From an uncultured Gammaproteobacteria bacterium (GTDB lineage: Bacteria; Patescibacteriota; Patescibacteriia; 2-01-FULL-39-33), in contig CAZYUN010000019.1 in NCBI GenBank assembly GCA_964650755.1, positions 677-11,642 of the forward strand: 10,966 nucleotides of DNA. Direction: 5' to 3'. How positions within the stretch are numbered: position 1 is the first letter of the stretch; every line of letters begins with the position of its first letter. Position numbers and translations under genes: made by a program. Positions 8,642-10,966 of this stretch are shown here, piece after piece. The notes under the pieces are model-generated. The model was given only the letters and a program-made list of their open reading frames with translations, searched no databases and was not told where the DNA came from.

Positions 8642-9142
8642 TTAATTATTTTTTTGTGCTTCAAGATCAACCCACTGGAGTGGCAAATGCATCCTGCCCA
8701 CCTCTCCTCGATTATAAAGCCAAACACCATTTCCTAAACCATTGAATTTAATACCGTGATAAAAATTCTTAGTTTCAGCAAAAGCAACCAACTCTTCATT
8801 ATACAATTCAAAAACATAAACACCAGAACCAACAACTGCACCGCCATGATACATTACGGCGATTTTGGTTGAGTCCTTAGACCAAGCTATGCCCTTTAGA
8901 TCATTGGCATAACGAATATAAGGCAAAACATTCCAATCATAAGCAAAAGATCCGCCACAACCAAAGCGCTTAAAAACGCCTATTTGACCGGTACCAATCG
9001 GCTGAATTTCACGAGCATAAAACAAGCCATTAGGCGAATAAGCTTTGGCACCAATCGGAACAGAACCATCAAAAGAATTGACATTAGCCGAGCAACCAAG
9101 CAACAAAAAAATCATCAAACACAGCAACAATTGGATTTTCAT
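8642..9142 (-). CDS. Lipoprotein of unknown function (about 166 aa from the ATG at 9142). GC is elevated at about 40%.
   Basis: The track ORF begins at a TTG at 9163. The ATG at 9140-9142 is preferred because GGAG sits 7 nt upstream (aGGAGaccaaccATG). That start gives MKIQLLLCLMIFLLLGC-SANVN, a classic signal peptidase II lipobox (L-L-G-C). The mature part is Gly/Tyr-rich and probably beta-rich ('YDWNVLPYIRYANDLKGIAWSKDSTKIAVMYHGGAVVGSGVYVFELY'). No family recognised. Confidence 0.65.
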   Translation of the reverse strand: MKIQLLLCLMIFLLLGCSANVNSFDGSVPIGAKAYSPNGLFYAREIQPIGTGQIGVFKRFGCGGSFAYDWNVLPYIRYANDLKGIAWSKDSTKIAVMYHGGAVVGSGVYVFELYNEELVAFAETKNFYHGIKFNGLGNGVWLYNRGEVGRMHLPLQWVDLEAQKNN

Positions 9143-9212
9143 GGTTGGTCTCCAAGGGTACAACTACCCTGATTCGGATTTTAAGTACTACACCCCTCAT
9201 TGGTTTTTTACT

Positions 9213-9240
9213 CCCCAATCAAAAAAAAGTCAAATAAAAA
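9213..9240. repeat. Direct repeat copy 1 (ccccaa...aaaaagtcaaataaaaaa). Its partner lies at 10871-10894.
   Basis: The 18-nt string aaaaagtcaaataaaaaa occurs exactly at 9223-9240 and again at 10875-10892. Both copies are preceded by cccc(a)a a few nt upstream. Together the copies bracket the flotillin gene and its leader. Confidence 0.5.
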
Positions 9241-9270
9241 AGCGTGGGTCTGAATTTACAGACAACCACG
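9223..9270 (-). terminator. Rho-independent terminator for the flotillin gene.
   Basis: On the minus strand the stem gcgtgg+gtctg (9241-9251) pairs with cagac(aa)ccacgc (9258-9270) around loop aattta. It is immediately followed by UUUUUUAUUUGACUUUUUUUU (complement of 9220-9240). It lies 17 nt past the flotillin stop (9287-9289). Confidence 0.7.
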
Positions 9271-9286
9271 CATTGAGTCAAAGAGC

Positions 9287-10642
9287 TTATTTGCTGGCTT
9301 CCGGGGCGACGGGGGCGCTCTCCACGGGAGTGACCGGCTTAACCGGATTGACACCGAGAGCAGACAAGATCGCTTGGCCCATGGGGGTCTGAGCCACCCC
9401 TTCAATCATCGAGCCCAACTCGGTTCCGCCTCTGGAGCTGAAGAGCTCCATAACGCCCTTCACACCATCACCGGGGCTACCCGCATTGGAGATGACCCTG
9501 ACTTCCGCTTTCTGCAACGCCTTGGCCTGCTCAACCCCGACCTGAATGTGGGCCTTGATGGCCTCAATCGACACGAGGTAGCGCTGATACCCATCATTGG
9601 CACCAATCTCCTTGGCAAGAGCAATTGATGCACTAACAGGCACCATTTGCATGGCCGATTCGGCTGTGGCTTTCGCTTCACCGATGGTCTTGATGGCTTC
9701 CGCTTCCTTGAATTTGGCTTCGAGCTCACCCTCAGCGATAATGACGCGAGTCCGCTTACCCTGCTCGGCGGTGACAATCTCTTTCTCCTTTTCAATTTCT
9801 GCAGTACGAACCGCCAGAACACTGGCCACATCCATCTCGCGCTGCTTGGTCACCTTGGACTGAGCCAAGACCTCCTGTTGCGCTTGCTGGTTGGCGATAC
9901 CAACGGCCCGATCTTTCTCGGCGGTCCGCTGACCGATCATCTCCTCGGCTTCCTGACGGCAAACCTCCACTGTGCGCGTAGCTTCGATTTCCGCCGTTTC
10001 GGCAGTCTGATTATTATTCGCAACTTCGCGCCTGGATTCCATCTGAATTTGCGAGGTTTTCTTTGCCATGATATTTTCAACCACGTTACTATTGCTACAG
10101 TCGCGCAGATCCATAAGCTCCATAGATTTGACCGCTTCAAGACCCCACTCCTGCAACTGATCCCTAACCTCGGCGGTAAATGCATCACCAAATTGGGAAC
10201 GCTCAACCATGATTGTGTCAATAACACCCGAAGCCAAAACCTTACGCACAGCACCCCGCACAATCACTGTTGCCTGATTTTTGAGTTCTTCAAAGCTGGA
10301 AATACGTTGTGCCGCTTTCGCCGCATCCTGAATACGAAAAAATGCAGTAACATCAACCATAAATGGAACCCTGTCCCTATCATACGCATCATAACTCTCA
10401 AGAGATATATCAAAATTACTAATCGGCAACCGAATAACCGTTACACCAAACATCGGGATTGCTGATGGCCACGCATAATACACATTGCCAGCGACCTGCC
10501 CCGTTCCGTATGGGGTTGTCTTGCGACGACTTTGGACAATATGCACCATATTGGTACTCACCACTCGCCGAAACTTGATTGATATCAAGAAAGACAAAAA
10601 CCCAACAAATCCCAAACATCCCAGGATTGCGATCATACTCAT
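9287..10642 (-). CDS. Flotillin-like SPFH/band-7 domain membrane protein (451 aa), similar to FloT/YuaG and YqiK. Compositionally foreign at about 63% GC.
   Basis: The N-terminal hydrophobic anchor (MSMIAILGCLGFVGFLSFLISIKF) is followed by an SPFH core ('VPFMVDVTAFFRIQDAAKAAQRI...ATVIVRGAVRKVLASGVIDTIMVERSQFGDAFTAEVRDQLQEWGLE'). A long Ala/Glu-rich coiled-coil tail with EA-type repeats follows ('AEIEKEKEIVTAEQGKRTRVIIAEGELEAKFKEAEAIKTIGEAKATAE'), which is the defining flotillin architecture. AAGGAG lies 7 nt upstream of the ATG at 10642. GC counted over 9301-9500 is 126/200, against about 28% in the neighbours. Confidence 0.85.
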   Translation of the reverse strand: MSMIAILGCLGFVGFLSFLISIKFRRVVSTNMVHIVQSRRKTTPYGTGQVAGNVYYAWPSAIPMFGVTVIRLPISNFDISLESYDAYDRDRVPFMVDVTAFFRIQDAAKAAQRISSFEELKNQATVIVRGAVRKVLASGVIDTIMVERSQFGDAFTAEVRDQLQEWGLEAVKSMELMDLRDCSNSNVVENIMAKKTSQIQMESRREVANNNQTAETAEIEATRTVEVCRQEAEEMIGQRTAEKDRAVGIANQQAQQEVLAQSKVTKQREMDVASVLAVRTAEIEKEKEIVTAEQGKRTRVIIAEGELEAKFKEAEAIKTIGEAKATAESAMQMVPVSASIALAKEIGANDGYQRYLVSIEAIKAHIQVGVEQAKALQKAEVRVISNAGSPGDGVKGVMELFSSRGGTELGSMIEGVAQTPMGQAILSALGVNPVKPVTPVESAPVAPEASK

Positions 10643-10710
10643 CCATTTTCTCCTTTTTCTTTTCTTTTTTTGCTAAACTTCCAACCCACCTTAGGTTAGA
10701 ATACAGCTCA

Positions 10711-10764
10711 GAAAAAACCCCTCAATAAAATGATAGATTTACTCTGAGCTGTATAGAAGTCCAA
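10711..10764. promoter_or_regulatory. A 12-bp perfect inverted repeat (atacagctcaga ... tctgagctgtat) with a 30-nt spacer, in the flotillin 5' leader.
   Basis: Read directly from the sequence: 10711-10722 pairs with 10753-10764. It lies about 70-120 nt upstream of the flotillin ATG on the transcribed (minus) strand. No U-tract follows, so it is not a classic terminator. It may be a leader structure or a dimeric protein-binding site. Confidence 0.35.
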
Positions 10765-10803
10765 CAAAAGAACTTTTAAAGACCTTTAATTTAGGTATAT
10801 AGC

Positions 10804-10832
10804 AACATAGCAGATTAAATTAAATTTGTCAA
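10804..10832 (-). promoter_or_regulatory. Putative sigma70-like promoter for the flotillin gene.
   Basis: On the minus strand, TTGACA (complement of 10827-10832) is followed by a 17-nt spacer and then TATGTT (complement of 10804-10809). This would give a leader of about 155 nt containing the inverted repeat. Motif match only. Confidence 0.3.
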
Positions 10833-10870
10833 GTAGGTACAAATTTAAATATTTTGTTTCCTACTTCTAA

Positions 10871-10894
10871 CCCCAAAAAGTCAAATAAAAAAAA
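10871..10894. repeat. Direct repeat copy 2, lying 10-30 nt from the 3' end of tRNA-Asn.
   Basis: Exact 18-nt match to 9223-9240, extendable to ccccaaaaagtcaaataaaaaaaa. See copy 1. Confidence 0.5.
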
Positions 10895-10903
10895 TCACCG
10901 GAA

Positions 10904-10966
10904 CTCCGCGAACTGGATTCGAACCAGTAACCTACCGGTTAACAGCCGGTTGCTCTACCATTGAGC
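10904..10966 (-). tRNA. tRNA-Asn (anticodon GUU). Partial: D-arm to discriminator are present and the 5' acceptor strand lies beyond the window end.
   Basis: The reverse complement reads GCTC-AATGGTA-GAGC (D-arm), A, ACCGG-CTGTTAA-CCGGT, AGGTT (variable loop), ACTGG-TTCGAAT-CCAGT (T-arm with TTCGAAT loop), TCGCGGA + G (discriminator). In the anticodon arm U33-GUU-A37 gives anticodon GUU. CCA is not encoded (TTCC follows). Confidence 0.85.

Noticed and set aside
9165-9290. A search for a duplicated tRNA-Asn 3' end (classic attR) at the far side of the flotillin island.
   Set aside because: Only a weak 'ctgattcgga' against 'ctggattcgaa' resemblance near 9178-9190, which is compatible with chance. 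The better-supported repeat is the 18-mer in the tRNA trailer, not the tRNA body. A canonical tRNA-fragment att site is therefore not claimed.
8984-9392. Plus-strand ORFs 8984..9172 and 9045..9392 spanning the lipoprotein/flotillin junction.
   Set aside because: They are antisense to two well-supported minus-strand genes and also run across that gene pair's terminator. They are Arg/Thr-rich with no motif and are a composition artefact.
9374-10676. Multiple long ORFs on both strands overlapping the flotillin gene (9374..9628+, 9460..9831-, 9597..9863+, 9647..10465+ at 272 aa, 9937..10263-, 10419..10646-, 10485..10676+).
   Set aside because: High-GC DNA is depleted in stop codons, so long antisense and off-frame ORFs arise by chance. 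Their products are Arg/Pro/Leu-rich and low-complexity (for example RKRKPSRPSVKRKPQPNRP). The in-frame flotillin ORF explains the region completely.
9223-10894. The flotillin unit as an integron gene cassette with attC sites.
   Set aside because: The unit carries its own promoter-like elements and its own SD. The flanking repeats are direct, not the imperfect inverted attC structure. No intI or attI is visible in the window.

Overview
The window is AT-rich (about 25-35% GC) and carries nine genes on the minus strand, one convincing plus-strand gene (FNR-family oxidoreductase) and one doubtful small plus-strand ORF. The minus-strand genes read from the right end toward coordinate 1: a partial tRNA-Asn(GUU), a flotillin gene, a lipoprotein gene, then a tightly packed string of a patatin-like phospholipase, a P-type cation ATPase, an AlkD-family alkylation repair enzyme and a PHP phosphoesterase. 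Further left are a 149-aa hypothetical protein and two GT4 glycosyltransferases, the leftmost one running off the window start. The plus strand holds the oxidoreductase and a small membrane ORF lying between the two glycosyltransferase genes. Native genes have no Shine-Dalgarno sequence, which fits a Bacteroidota-like or CPR-like host, although the taxonomy cannot be settled from sequence alone. The standout feature is the flotillin gene (9287-10642). It is about 63% GC in a roughly 28% GC background, and it has a canonical AAGGAG ribosome-binding site and its own intrinsic terminator. It sits about 260 bp from the 3' end of the tRNA-Asn and is bracketed by an 18-nt perfect direct repeat (9223-9240 and 10875-10892). 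This looks like a recently acquired single-gene island next to a tRNA; the alternative is an assembly chimera. Two other genes, the lipoprotein (8642-9142) and the 149-aa hypothetical (2376-2825), are also GC-elevated, and each has an SD and a terminator. No CRISPR array, rRNA, transposase or integrase is visible.
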